This document shows positions 63,665 to 64,000 of a stretch of 64,000 nucleotides of DNA, piece after piece. The translations under genes were made by a program, and so were the position numbers. How positions within the stretch are numbered: position 1 is the first letter of the stretch; every line of letters starts with the position of its first letter. This DNA comes from Octopus bimaculoides (taxonomy: Eukaryota): positions 16,070,167 through 16,134,166 of the forward strand of contig NC_069005.1 in the NCBI RefSeq assembly GCF_001194135.2, in the 5' to 3' direction. The notes beneath the pieces were generated by a model. The model saw only the letters and a list, made by a program, of their open reading frames with translations. It was not told the DNA's origin and did no database searches.

Positions 63665-63887
63665 ACCTATATATATATAAGCAATGTTAATTCTCTAAAT
63701 GAGGTATTAACAGTAACTGCACGATAAAGTGTAGTATATTGCCACTTAAGTGTGGCTGACCCCTAGGGGTGGATGTTACTGTTGCTTTTAGCCCCAGGAG
63801 GACATCTCCTCCAGCTGGCTTATCGACACACTACTGTGTCATGTTTGCCAAGGGAAGTTATCCCTCTCACCATGATCTGTAGCACGA

Positions 63888-63890
<3 letters not shown>
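63665..63890 (+). repeat. Unclassified repeat distantly homologous to the left arm of the 46686-47091 foldback
   Basis: Shared blocks gccactt, actgtt...ttta(a/g)cccca(a/g)gagga...ctcctccagctg. Confidence 0.6.
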
Positions 63891-63922
<32 letters not shown>

Positions 63923-64000
63923 AGTGAGTGTCTCCCACCACTGCTTGACAACCAGTGCTGGTATGTTTACATACCTGTAACTTAGCAGTTCCTGCAAAAG

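Noticed and set aside
63760-63800. gttgcttttagcccc resembling a pistol ribozyme segment
   Set aside because: P1 and the pseudoknot cannot be formed; pistol ribozymes are known from bacteria and phage. HDV-like and twister folds also could not be built by hand.

Overview
AT-rich, CpG-depleted, microsatellite-rich animal genomic DNA from a draft assembly with six N-gaps. The SINE families and repeat make-up suggest a cephalopod such as Octopus (inference from recalled repeat motifs, not from a search). No intact protein-coding gene is recognisable. Most of the window is decayed transposons: three mariner copies plus mariner MITEs, a Buster-type hAT element, a pogo-type element, an internally deleted Helitron, a 5'-truncated Penelope-like element (PLE) with inverted terminal arms, CR1/L2-group LINE fragments, piggyBac-type MITEs, several very abundant SINE families, and a U6 snRNA pseudogene. 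The most notable signal, invisible in the ORF track, is four type-I hammerhead ribozyme motifs with mutually unrelated flanks (1412-1473, 39892-39950, 46885-46933, 48169-48222, all + strand). One sits in the PLE terminal repeat and its inverted twin has lost the catalytic core. One sits at the axis of a ~400-bp foldback with a competing helix. One lies in a 215-bp insert with a 6-bp target duplication. A repeat-free, CpG-enriched stretch near 58 kb carries splice signals for a possible minus-strand transcript. SINE boundaries are approximate, read by eye.
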